A stretch of DNA of 64,000 nt from Alphaproteobacteria bacterium (GCA_046153685.1 JBJXGH010000191.1:2750-66749); one strand, 5' to 3'; numbered from the stretch's first letter, positions 50,411 through 59,217 are shown. Made by a program: numbers and translations. Notes: a model not told the origin generated them from the letters alone.

Positions 50411-51394
50411 CTAGCGCCAATTGGCCGGAAGCCTAGTCCCGACATTGTTCTTCACTGCATAACGATAGACGAGCGCGGCGAGTCCGAGAATTCCGACGGC
50501 ATGGCCGCTATGGCAAATAATCGCGCGCTCGCTCGCATTGCGGCGCGGCGCCGCTCGGCCCGCCGCCAAGTCCTTCAAATCCCCCTCAAATGGCCCTGCG
50601 ATCTTGAAGCGGCCGATTTCGATTTCGTGCTTGGCTTGATCTCGATCGTCGGTGAGAACGCGCTCGAACCCCTCCAGGCCCGGATGCCACGACCGGCCGA
50701 GATCGACCGCGCTCACGAAAGCACCCGGCTTCACCCAGGACGGATCGAGAATCGGTACGGACGTGCTGGCAACGGGAATGGAGGTTACCACCACGTCGGC
50801 TTCAACGGCGGCGCGCGGATGATCGGAGATTTGGACCGTCCAGCCCTGGGCCCGCGCCTCGGCAGAAAATATTTCGGCCCCGGCGCGGCTGCGATTATAG
50901 GCGATGACGGTCGTGAGCCTAGGTAGCACGGCCTTGAGCGCGGGCAGGTGCACGCGGCCCTGCGCGCCCGTCGCGACGAGGCCGAGGGTCGTCGAATCGG
51001 GTCGCGCGTAGCGCCGCGCGACCATTCCCGACACGGCCGCCGGAATCCAGGTCGACATCCAGAAGCTGTCGAGAAGCGCCACGGGGCGCGCGGTCTTGTA
51101 GTCGGCGAGAATTTCCATGCCGCTCAGATGGTGCTGGCCCGGCGGTGCCAGTTCCGCCTGAACGCCCATGGAGTTGTGGCAAAGATTGAGCCCCAGGCGC
51201 GGCGAATAGGCATTGAGGGAATAGAAGAAGCTGCGCGCCGGCGTGAGCGAGACGACTTTGGGGTGTCCAACCAGCGTGCCCTCGTCCCAGTCGCGAAAGC
51301 AGCGCTCGACCTCGTCGATCATCTCGAGATAGGGCACGCCCGCCCCGGCCACGTCCGAGCGCGTGAGGTACAGGATTCGGTCGCTATCGGTCAT
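50411..51394 (-). CDS. ornithine cyclodeaminase/mu-crystallin family protein
   Basis: 327 aa. LGLVATGAQGRVH Rossmann motif and overall OCD layout. Confidence 0.7.
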   Translation of the reverse strand: MTDSDRILYLTRSDVAGAGVPYLEMIDEVERCFRDWDEGTLVGHPKVVSLTPARSFFYSLNAYSPRLGLNLCHNSMGVQAELAPPGQHHLSGMEILADYKTARPVALLDSFWMSTWIPAAVSGMVARRYARPDSTTLGLVATGAQGRVHLPALKAVLPRLTTVIAYNRSRAGAEIFSAEARAQGWTVQISDHPRAAVEADVVVTSIPVASTSVPILDPSWVKPGAFVSAVDLGRSWHPGLEGFERVLTDDRDQAKHEIEIGRFKIAGPFEGDLKDLAAGRAAPRRNASERAIICHSGHAVGILGLAALVYRYAVKNNVGTRLPANWR

Positions 51395-51428
51395 GCGCGC
51401 CCCATTCGCTCGCGTCCGCGCCGCGGCG

Positions 51429-51794
51429 TCAAATGCCGGGCAAGGTTTTCATCTTGTGAAACACGCAGCCCTCGGTCTTGGTATTGGCCTCGAAATTCCG
51501 GCAATTTTCGGGTCGGCGTTCGTATATGCCGCAGCGCCCGTCCCGGCCCAGTGCCGGGCAGTTCAGGGTCCAGGAATTGTAGAGCTTGCCCTTGATGCGA
51601 TAGGTCTGCTCGATCTCGACCGGCTGGAACGGCATGTCGTGCTTCACCATGTAGGCATGCACCGCCCAGACCCCTTCCTCGGCAGGGTACAGCAACGTGC
51701 CGTTGGCCGTCGTCACGTCCGTCTTTTCGTCGCTCGTCAGGACCAGGCCGCGGCAGCAATGGCCGGGATCGGGGCAGATATTGCAAAGACTCAT
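51429..51794 (-). CDS. YkgJ-family cysteine-cluster (putative Zn/Fe-chelating) protein
   Basis: Start at Met67: MSLCNICPDPGHCC...CPALGRDGRCGIYERRPENCRNF. Confidence 0.65.
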   Translation of the reverse strand: MSLCNICPDPGHCCRGLVLTSDEKTDVTTANGTLLYPAEEGVWAVHAYMVKHDMPFQPVEIEQTYRIKGKLYNSWTLNCPALGRDGRCGIYERRPENCRNFEANTKTEGCVFHKMKTLPGI

Positions 51795-51920
51795 GGGGGC
51801 TGGACTACCATTGTTGTGAAGATACGCCGTGCATCGACGCGGAGTGATGTATAAGGCCAATCCGCCGCGTGCGAAACCCGGGCGCCGACCGACCCGGGCA
51901 AACATCAACGAGGAAGGCAA

Positions 51921-52496
51921 ATGCTCAATACCCTGATCGCCCTGATCGCCACCATGCCCTTCGCCCTGGTCATCACCAGCGTGGCCGCGCAACCCAATCC
52001 GCGCGTCAAGCTCACGACCAATTTAGGCGCCATCGTCATCGAGCTGTATCCCGACAAGGCGCCGATCACGGTCAAGAATTTCCTCGATTACGTGCGCAGC
52101 CAACACTACGAAGGCACGATCTTTCACCGCGTCATGGCGGGATTCATGATCCAGGGAGGCGGCTTCGACGCCTCGCTCGCGGAAAAGTCCGAGCGCAAAT
52201 CCATCAAGAACGAGGCGGATAACGGCCTGAAGAACACCTCGGGCACCGTCGCCATGGCGCGCCTGCCCGATCCCCATTCGGCCTCGGCGCAGTTTTTCAT
52301 CAACACGGTCGACAATCCCGGTCTCGATCACAAGGGCAAGACCGACCGCGATTGGGGCTATGCCGTTTTCGGTATCGTGGTCGAAGGCATGGACGTGGTG
52401 AAACGCATCGAGCGCTCGCCGACCGGCCGCATGCGCGGCATGTCGGACGTGCCGACCAAGGCCATCACCATCGAAAAGGCCGAGATCATCCAATAG
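51921..52496 (+). CDS. periplasmic cyclophilin-type peptidyl-prolyl isomerase
   Basis: Signal peptide, then FHRVMAGFMIQGGGF, GTVAMAR and SASAQFFIN. Confidence 0.9.
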   Translation: MLNTLIALIATMPFALVITSVAAQPNPRVKLTTNLGAIVIELYPDKAPITVKNFLDYVRSQHYEGTIFHRVMAGFMIQGGGFDASLAEKSERKSIKNEADNGLKNTSGTVAMARLPDPHSASAQFFINTVDNPGLDHKGKTDRDWGYAVFGIVVEGMDVVKRIERSPTGRMRGMSDVPTKAITIEKAEIIQ

Positions 52497-52613
52497 CGGG
52501 GATCATCCGGAACCAGAGGGGCGTATTCCGCCAGGCGCAATGGCGTCCGGCGGGATGAATCGGCGCGGATGAATCCGGAACGACGGACTGGGGCCGATGG
52601 CTCGTCGGGCGGC

Positions 52614-53576
52614 CTATTTGCCGCGATTTTTCGCCTTCCAATCGGCCATCACGCATAGGATCTCGAACATCAGATTCGCCGCCGTAACACAGGTGATGCC
52701 CGTGGGATCGAGCGCGGGCGCGACCTCGCTGATATCGGCGCCGATGATTTCGTTGCCGCGCAGCGACCGGATGATGACCTGCGCATCCCGCGGACTGACG
52801 CCGCCGATTTCGGGCACGCCCGTGCCGGGCGCATGCACCGGATCGAGGCCGTCGATGTCGAGAGAGACGTAGATCGGCCCGTCGCCGATGATCTTGCGCA
52901 CGGTCTCGACGACCTTGGCGCGGCCCATGTCCTCGTATTCGTCCATGGTGATGCAGCGATAGCCGACATCGAGGCCGAATTTTATGTCGTCGGCGCTGAA
53001 CCGGCTGCCGCGCAGGCCGATCTGCACCACGCGCTTGGGATCGACCAGGCCCTCCTCGTACACCCGACGCATGAAGGTCGCGTGATTGACCTTGGTGCCG
53101 CACAGCTCGTCGAGGGTGTCGGCATGGGCGTCGAAATGCACGATGCCAACCGGACGCTTCTTGGCGATGGCGCGCAGAATCGGCACCGGAATGGTGTGGT
53201 CGCCGCCGATGGCGATGGGCAGGATGTTCAGCGCGTGCAGACGCTCGAAATATTCCTGAATCATGGCGATGGAGCGGTCGAGGCTCATCGGATTGACCGG
53301 CGAGTCGCCGAGATCCGCGACATTGCAGATGTCGAACGGCGCGATCCCGCTCGAAGGGTGGATGCGCCGGATGATGCGCGAGGCCTCGCGCACGCCGGCC
53401 GGGCCCTGGCGCGAGCCAGAGCGAAAATTCACGCCCAAATCGAACGGCACGCCCACGAGGCCGATATCCACCTCCGCCGAAGCATCGTGCCGTCGGGCGC
53501 GCATGAAGGTGGCGACATCCGCAAACCGCGGCACCACTGTCGCATCGACTTGGTTGAAACGAGGATCTGGGGCCAT
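52614..53576 (-). CDS. agmatinase/ureohydrolase family protein
   Basis: GGDHTI, FDAHADT and SLDIDGLDP manganese-ligand motifs. Substrate (agmatine versus guanidino acids) is not decidable. Confidence 0.85.
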   Translation of the reverse strand: MAPDPRFNQVDATVVPRFADVATFMRARRHDASAEVDIGLVGVPFDLGVNFRSGSRQGPAGVREASRIIRRIHPSSGIAPFDICNVADLGDSPVNPMSLDRSIAMIQEYFERLHALNILPIAIGGDHTIPVPILRAIAKKRPVGIVHFDAHADTLDELCGTKVNHATFMRRVYEEGLVDPKRVVQIGLRGSRFSADDIKFGLDVGYRCITMDEYEDMGRAKVVETVRKIIGDGPIYVSLDIDGLDPVHAPGTGVPEIGGVSPRDAQVIIRSLRGNEIIGADISEVAPALDPTGITCVTAANLMFEILCVMADWKAKNRGK

Positions 53577-53687
53577 GGCTATGCTCCTGGGCGGCTATCG
53601 TCGCGGCGGTGGCAAACGGTCATAACCGCTTTGCCCAGCATGTGCCAAGGCGCACGTGCCATGGGCGCGTATTCGGTTCGCGCGGGA

Positions 53688-54404
53688 TCAAGCACCCCGA
53701 CATTCGGGTAGCGCGAGAATCCGGGACACTCCGTCCAGAAGTTCCTTCTGGGCCAAGGGCGGCACGGCCTTGGCCTCGCGGCAGGCGCGCGGGAACTGGC
53801 CGAGATCAGCCGACGCCAAGGCCAACAATGCGCGGGCGTTCGCCGCCCCTTCTGGGTTGGAATTACCCGCGCGTGGCCGGGCCAAGCCCGCATCCAGAAT
53901 CGCCACGGCTTCGCGCGCGCGTTTGGCCAGAAGCAGCAGGCGCCCGTAATCCGCCCATGCGCCGATCGAGGTATTGGCCTTGGCGATTGCGATCTTGAAC
54001 ATCTGTTCGGCGAGCGCCTGATTGTCATCGCGGTCGTAAACCACCATGGCCATGCCGTGATAAGCGTCGCCATTTTCCGGTTCGAGCAAATAGGCCTGAT
54101 TGAAGCGCATGATCGCCGCGGTCAAATCGCCCTTAAAAAAATCTCGAAAGCCGAGATCCGCGACCTTATCCGAGGCCAAGGCGCGGCTGGCCTGCACCGT
54201 CGCGTCCACGATGTATTTGCGATCGCTTTCCTGCTCGGCGGGCGTGCGTGCAACGCCGCCATACATCGGCTGCTCGTTCGACGGGTAGGACGATGTCGGC
54301 TTCCTGCCCTGGGCCGAGGCCGCGCCCGCGAATGCCGCGCACAGGACGGCGACCAGAACGCAAGCGAAGGCGCCCAAACAGGGGCGCGCCACCGCTCCGC
54401 TCAC
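53688..54404 (-). CDS. secreted TPR-like repeat protein
   Basis: Signal peptide ...CAAFAGAASA, then TPR-like helices. The GTG start overlaps the kinase stop (GTGA). Confidence 0.55.
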   Translation of the reverse strand: MSGAVARPCLGAFACVLVAVLCAAFAGAASAQGRKPTSSYPSNEQPMYGGVARTPAEQESDRKYIVDATVQASRALASDKVADLGFRDFFKGDLTAAIMRFNQAYLLEPENGDAYHGMAMVVYDRDDNQALAEQMFKIAIAKANTSIGAWADYGRLLLLAKRAREAVAILDAGLARPRAGNSNPEGAANARALLALASADLGQFPRACREAKAVPPLAQKELLDGVSRILALPECRGA

Positions 54405-56098
54405 CGTGCGATCACCCTGTCCGACGGAAAGCGCATCGTCGCGACCGTGCCGCGCCCGGGTTCGCTGGCAAGTTCGAGCGTACCGCCGTGCAACGCCATG
54501 AGCTGGCGGCCGATCGTCAGGCCAAGGCCCGATCCGCCGCTTGGGCGCACATTGCTCATGTTGGCCTGCCAGAACAAATCGAAGGCGCGCGCAACTTCCG
54601 CGCGAGTCATGCCAATGCCGTTATCGGCCACCCGCACATAGGCGCCCTTGTCGTCCACGCCAAGCGTCAACGTGACCTCGCCGCCCGCAGGCGTGAACTT
54701 GACCGCATTCGACAGGAGATTGGCGAGCACCTGGCGCACCGCGCGCGGATCGGCGCGCACGCGCACATGGGTCGCGATCGAGTCTTCCTTGATTTGAACC
54801 CGGGCCTTTTGGGCCTGGGTCTCGGTCAGAATCACGCAACCGAGCGCGAGCGTGCCCAACTCGACATCTTCCTCGGCCAAGCGGTAATGCCCCGTGCGAA
54901 TTTTGGAGGCATCGAGCAGATCCTCGACGAGGTTCAGCAAATGGCGGCCGCTATCGAGCACCATGGCGGCGTGGCGCCGCGTGGGGCTGCCTTGTTGTGC
55001 GTCGTCGCGAATGACCTCGGTCAGGCCGAGCATGGCGTGCAGGGGCGTGCGCAATTCGTGGCTCAGCGTGGCGAGAAACGCCGACTTGGCCGCGGTTTCC
55101 GATTGCGCGGCGCGCTGTTCGGTGACCAGGGCGGAAATGAGCAGCAGATTTACGCTGAACAGCGTCAACATGCCGCCAAGCGCGGTCAGGGGGCGTTCAA
55201 ATCCGCCTGCGACGAACGGCCCCAAACCCGCAACCGAGCATACGGTCGCGACGACCATGACCAGGGTGAACAAGGTGTAGGCCGAGCGCAGCGATAGGCG
55301 CAGCGCAAGCCAGGTGAGCGGCAGGATGAGCAGATAGGGCGGATAGAAATTCGCCGTCCCTCCCGGCGTTTGGCCGAACAATAGCGCGGTTGCGCCTAGC
55401 GTGACCGCGGTTACGCCGAGGCCTTCCCAGCCGGGAAGCCGGTCCGCCGAGCGTGCATGCCGGAACGAGAGCCATAAAAGAAGCGCGGGTGAAAAATAGA
55501 GCGCGCCGCCTGCGTCGGAAATCCACCACCGAAGCCAGATCGACCAAAGCTCGGTCGAGGGAATTCCCGGAGCGCCGGCCCAGATGGCCAAGGTGCCGCC
55601 CGTTGCCACGACCGTGCCGTGAAGCACCACCCCGCCCGCCAGGAACGCGAAAAGGCCCTGAAAATTGTCGAACAACCGGCCCTCGGCGGCATGGCGCGCG
55701 ACGAGCAGAGCACCCAGCACGGGCCCCGCCGCATTGGTTAACGAGATGATCGTGACGACAAGCGCGTCCGCGCCAAAAATGATGGAGTTGGTGATCCACG
55801 ACGCGGCGAACAATGCCGGCACGACCCGCACCCCGCCGACCATGGCCGCGGCCAAGGCGATGCTGGCGGACAGCCAGATGGGCGAGGGAAAGAAGCCGAA
55901 AGCGGCGAAATACCAGCTGACCGCCACGCCAAAAACGACATAGAGCGTGCCAACCACGAAATTTACGGCAATCCACCCGAGCACGGGGCGTTGGGCAATG
56001 AGGGGCTCGAACCAATCCGGGCGGATCGCGCGATCGAGCAGGGCGCGCCCGGCCCACTCGAAACTCCAATGCGGCGCCCGTGTCTGTGTTGCGTTCAT
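54401..56098 (-). CDS. MASE1-domain sensor histidine kinase
   Basis: Membrane N-terminal half with a MASE1-like pattern, HisKA box FLATLSHELRTPL, and HATPase N/G boxes (NLLSNAVKFT, DNGIGM, GGSGLGL). Start is Met95 (56098) or Met86 (56125). Confidence 0.8.
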   Translation of the reverse strand: MNATQTRAPHWSFEWAGRALLDRAIRPDWFEPLIAQRPVLGWIAVNFVVGTLYVVFGVAVSWYFAAFGFFPSPIWLSASIALAAAMVGGVRVVPALFAASWITNSIIFGADALVVTIISLTNAAGPVLGALLVARHAAEGRLFDNFQGLFAFLAGGVVLHGTVVATGGTLAIWAGAPGIPSTELWSIWLRWWISDAGGALYFSPALLLWLSFRHARSADRLPGWEGLGVTAVTLGATALLFGQTPGGTANFYPPYLLILPLTWLALRLSLRSAYTLFTLVMVVATVCSVAGLGPFVAGGFERPLTALGGMLTLFSVNLLLISALVTEQRAAQSETAAKSAFLATLSHELRTPLHAMLGLTEVIRDDAQQGSPTRRHAAMVLDSGRHLLNLVEDLLDASKIRTGHYRLAEEDVELGTLALGCVILTETQAQKARVQIKEDSIATHVRVRADPRAVRQVLANLLSNAVKFTPAGGEVTLTLGVDDKGAYVRVADNGIGMTRAEVARAFDLFWQANMSNVRPSGGSGLGLTIGRQLMALHGGTLELASEPGRGTVATMRFPSDRVIAR

Positions 56099-56288
56099 GT
56101 TCGGATGATAGTGACGATGCGCCATACGGGCGGCAAGCTTGGATTTTAACCCAAAACCGCCATAGGCGCGAGAGTTCCGCCGCCATTCTCCACGCCAGGC
56201 GGGCGGTCGCCGGGCCGGGTTGAGCGATCGAAGGTTAGCCCTGTGCGGATGCCGGCGACCCTGTGCGAACGCTGGCCAATCGCCGGGA

Positions 56289-56453
56289 TCAGAGATATTT
56301 CGCGCGAATATCGACGGTCGATTCCCGGCCGAGGCGGGCGAAATTGGTCTTGAGCCAGACCTCGGCGCATTCACGCCCAATATCGCGCAAATGGGTCAGA
56401 AATTCCCAATCGCCGTTGAGCTTGCTCGCCACGGGTGGGAACGCGCGCGGCAC
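56289..56453 (-). CDS. hypothetical 54-codon ORF (possible small gene or gene remnant) after doxX
   Basis: Frame of track ORF 56289-56537. From the in-frame GTG at 56453, hand-read third codon positions are mostly G/C, and the composition looks non-artefactual (…KLNGDWEFLTHLRDIGRECAEVWLKTNFARLGRESTVDIRAKYL). No family recognised. Confidence 0.25.
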   Translation of the reverse strand: MPRAFPPVASKLNGDWEFLTHLRDIGRECAEVWLKTNFARLGRESTVDIRAKYL

Positions 56454-56475
56454 ATCGAGCCCGTCGCGCGGCGCG

Positions 56476-56961
56476 TCATCGGGCGCGAAAGAGGCGTCGC
56501 GCCAAAAGATGATCCAGCGAGAGCGCGCCCGCGCCACGCGTCAGCACATAGGCCAAAACCGAGGCCCAAAGCAGATGTTCGGCCCAATTCTCGGGATAGA
56601 CAAAGAACTGGATGACGAAGGTCATGCCGAGCAGAGCGGCCGCGCCAAAACGCGCGCCAAGGCCGAGAACGATCAGCACGGGACAGGCGAGCTCGTTCGC
56701 CGCCGCGAGCGTCGCCGCAAGCTCCACGGGCAGAAGCGGCACGGCGTATTCGTTCTCGAACAAGGCGAGCGTCGCGTCCCAGCTCGCGATCTTGGTCAAG
56801 CCCGATTTGAAGAACACCGCGCCCACGCCGACGCGCATTGCGAATTCGACGACGCCTAGCGGAAAGCGCGCGAGCAGGCGCCGCCCGGCATCGACGAGTT
56901 CGAGCGCGCGGCTGCCGGTGTTCGCAAGCGACACGGGCGTTTTCATGGCATTCGTGGACAT
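56476..56961 (-). CDS. DoxX family membrane protein (bufferin-operon DoxX)
   Basis: 161 aa with RVGVGAVFFKSGLTKI...CPVLIVLGLGARFGAAALLGMT. Lies 5 nt after the DUF2063 gene. Confidence 0.8.
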   Translation of the reverse strand: MSTNAMKTPVSLANTGSRALELVDAGRRLLARFPLGVVEFAMRVGVGAVFFKSGLTKIASWDATLALFENEYAVPLLPVELAATLAAANELACPVLIVLGLGARFGAAALLGMTFVIQFFVYPENWAEHLLWASVLAYVLTRGAGALSLDHLLARRLFRAR

Positions 56962-56966
56962 GGCCG

Positions 56967-57764
56967 TTACCCTTCATTTCCGGTGCGGGGAAGAATGAAT
57001 TCAATGATCGCCCCACAGCCGATGAGGAAGGCGAGCGTCCCGGCGAGATCGAAACCCGCGCCATTGGCGGCGGCGACCGCGCGCTCCAGTGGCCGCCCCG
57101 CGCGCAATGCGCAAAGGAAGGCGAATTCCGCGTCGCCAAGCGTCCGCCAAACCGGCGCGCCATCCTGGCGATGGATGAGAAGGCGGCACGCGCCCTCGTC
57201 GAGTGAAATCTCAGACTCCGCCGCATTCGGTTGGTTCGCAGCCCAGATGCGCGCAACGGGAAAGCGCGAGGTGAACAATCGGCACGCGGGATGGAATTGG
57301 AAAATCAAATCCGCCTGACGGGCGCATTCGACCCGGCCAAGGCACGCAGGATCGAGCGGCGGCATGTCGGGCGCGGTGCGCGAGAGGTTGAGCGCCCATT
57401 CAAGCCGCGCAACGTCGCCAAGATAGGGGTGAACTTGGGTCTCGGGGAGCGCTTCGAGCAGCGCGGGAAAGTCTTCGCCGTATTCGAACAGACATGGGCC
57501 CGCGGGCGGCGAGGCGGCGGCGAAACGGCGCGCGACCTGGGCGAAGAACATCTCGCCCACGAGGCGCCGCGTCGCGGGGAAGGTCGCGGCGAGTGCCTCG
57601 ATCACGGTGATGTAATAGTGATTGCGGTAAATCTGCACGCGCCGCGCGGGCGCCATGGAATCGCCCATCACTATGCCGGAAAGCTCGGAGTCCTCCAACG
57701 CGGCGTTGGCGAGCGGGCCTAGAACATGGGCGCGTAGCGTGCGTTGGATGTCATGCAGCTTCAT
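56967..57764 (-). CDS. bufC: DUF2063 (HvfC/BufC-type) partner protein
   Basis: MKLHDIQRTLRAHVL...RVQIYRNHYYITVIEALAATFP...YLGDVARLEWAL. ATG 57764 overlaps the DUF692 gene by 14 nt. Confidence 0.8.
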   Translation of the reverse strand: MKLHDIQRTLRAHVLGPLANAALEDSELSGIVMGDSMAPARRVQIYRNHYYITVIEALAATFPATRRLVGEMFFAQVARRFAAASPPAGPCLFEYGEDFPALLEALPETQVHPYLGDVARLEWALNLSRTAPDMPPLDPACLGRVECARQADLIFQFHPACRLFTSRFPVARIWAANQPNAAESEISLDEGACRLLIHRQDGAPVWRTLGDAEFAFLCALRAGRPLERAVAAANGAGFDLAGTLAFLIGCGAIIEFILPRTGNEG

Positions 57765-58737
57765 GGCCAAGACCCTCAGTTCGAGCCGCGCGCAGGGCGG
57801 GCGGGAAATGTGCGGGCGGGAGATTTGAAGGCACTCCCATATCCAGTACCGGCCGGCCGGATAACGGCCGGCCGGCGAATTGCGGCCGGGCCAACGCGTT
57901 TAGTGCACGCGCATCCGCTTGCGCCGCCTCGGCTAGCAACACCGAAAGCCGCGGTAAATTGCTGTCCCATTCCACGAGGGCGGGCGCGTGGGGAAACCGC
58001 CGAACCGCCGCCTCGTAAAGCGCCCAAACCTCCGCGGACACGGCCGAGCCGTGATCGTCGATGAGAATGGATGCGCCATCGGCATCGGCGACCGCGTGAC
58101 CCGCTAGGTGAATTTCGCCGACCGCCTCGGCCGGGAGCGCGGCCAGATAGCTGTGTGCATCGCCACCGAGATTGGTCAGCGAGACGTGGATATTGTTGAC
58201 GTCGCACAGGATCCCGCAACCCGTGCGGCGCGCGAGCGCGCTTAAAAATTCGGCCTCGGGAATCGTCGAGGCCGCAAAGCGCAGATAGGCGGACGGGTTT
58301 TCGACGAGGATGGGGCGGCGCAGCCAGTCCTGCGCGGCCGCGATATTGTCGGCGACGATGGCGAGCGCCTCCTCGGTGTAGGGCAGAGGCAGAAGATCGT
58401 TGAGATAGACGCCGCCCGCGACGCTCCACGACAGATGTTCGGAAACGAGAAAGGGTTCGGTGCGTTCGACAAGCTGCGCCAAACGCGCAAGATGCGCCGA
58501 ATCGAGGCCCTCGGCCGAGCCGAGCGACAGTCCGACGCCGTGGAGCGAGATGGGCCGCTCGCGGCGTAGGCGCGCCAAGACCCGCGCGGACGCGCCGCCG
58601 CCCATGTAATTCTCGGCATGAACTTCAAAAAATCCGACGGACGGAGGCGCGGCCAGAATTTCCGCCTCGTGCGGCGCGCGAAAGCCGATACCGGCCGGGG
58701 GTGGCGCGCCGTCTGGGGAAGGAACGAGGTCGGTCAT
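57751..58737 (-). CDS. bufB: DUF692 (MbnB/HvfB/BufB-type) multinuclear iron enzyme
   Basis: GIGFRAPH...FFEVHAENYMGGG...ISLHGVGLSLGS...SEHLSW...ILVENPSAYL...DVNNIHVS...EIHLAGH. Start is Met18 (58737) or Met15 (58746). Confidence 0.85.
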   Translation of the reverse strand: MTDLVPSPDGAPPPAGIGFRAPHEAEILAAPPSVGFFEVHAENYMGGGASARVLARLRRERPISLHGVGLSLGSAEGLDSAHLARLAQLVERTEPFLVSEHLSWSVAGGVYLNDLLPLPYTEEALAIVADNIAAAQDWLRRPILVENPSAYLRFAASTIPEAEFLSALARRTGCGILCDVNNIHVSLTNLGGDAHSYLAALPAEAVGEIHLAGHAVADADGASILIDDHGSAVSAEVWALYEAAVRRFPHAPALVEWDSNLPRLSVLLAEAAQADARALNALARPQFAGRPLSGRPVLDMGVPSNLPPAHFPPALRAARTEGLGHEAA

Positions 58738-58765
58738 GGCCCGCATCCGTCCGTCGGTTCGAAGT

Positions 58766-59032
58766 TCAAGTCTTGACTGCGCCACCATTGATCTTGGCGC
58801 AGGTGCCGGCGGGGACGAAAATCCACGCGTCGGCCTGATTGTCCTTCTTGGACGTACCCGCGCAAGACGAGGTCGCGGTCTGGCAGTCGTTCATGCCGGC
58901 TTTGGCGATACCGCCGCATTTCTCGAACTTGAAGCTCGGCTTTTCGGCGGGGCCGGCCTGGGCCGCGCCGAGAGCCACGAGTGAAAGCGCTGCCGCGAAG
59001 GCGGAGCCGACGAAAGCGGAAGAGGTCTTCAT
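58766..59032 (-). CDS. bufA: DUF2282 / BufA1-type bufferin precursor peptide
   Basis: 88 aa. Sec signal MKTSSAFVGSAFAAALSLVALGAAQA, then EKCGGIAKAGMNDCQTATSSCAGTSKKDNQADAWIFVPAGTCAKINGG with Cys39/50/57/78. AAGGGAG SD 7 nt upstream. Confidence 0.85.
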   Translation of the reverse strand: MKTSSAFVGSAFAAALSLVALGAAQAGPAEKPSFKFEKCGGIAKAGMNDCQTATSSCAGTSKKDNQADAWIFVPAGTCAKINGGAVKT

Positions 59033-59065
59033 GGCGAAACTCCCTTTAGTGGTTGAGCAGGCTAT

Positions 59066-59089
59066 CTTACGAACGCACTTACCTTACGA
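59066..59089 (-). promoter_or_regulatory. 7-bp direct repeat CTTACGA x2 (17-bp period) in the bufferin operon leader
   Basis: Read directly (59066-59072 and 59083-59089), 34-57 nt upstream of the bufA ATG. Function is unknown. Confidence 0.3.
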
Positions 59090-59217
59090 GCCGGCGAAGC
59101 GCGGGCCCGACCGCCACAATGGCATCGGCCCGGTGCGCGATCTGATCACGCCTTCGTGAGGCGCGGTCACATTCACGCGAGCGAGCGAGAAAACGGCCGA
59201 ACCGGGGCTGGACGTGA

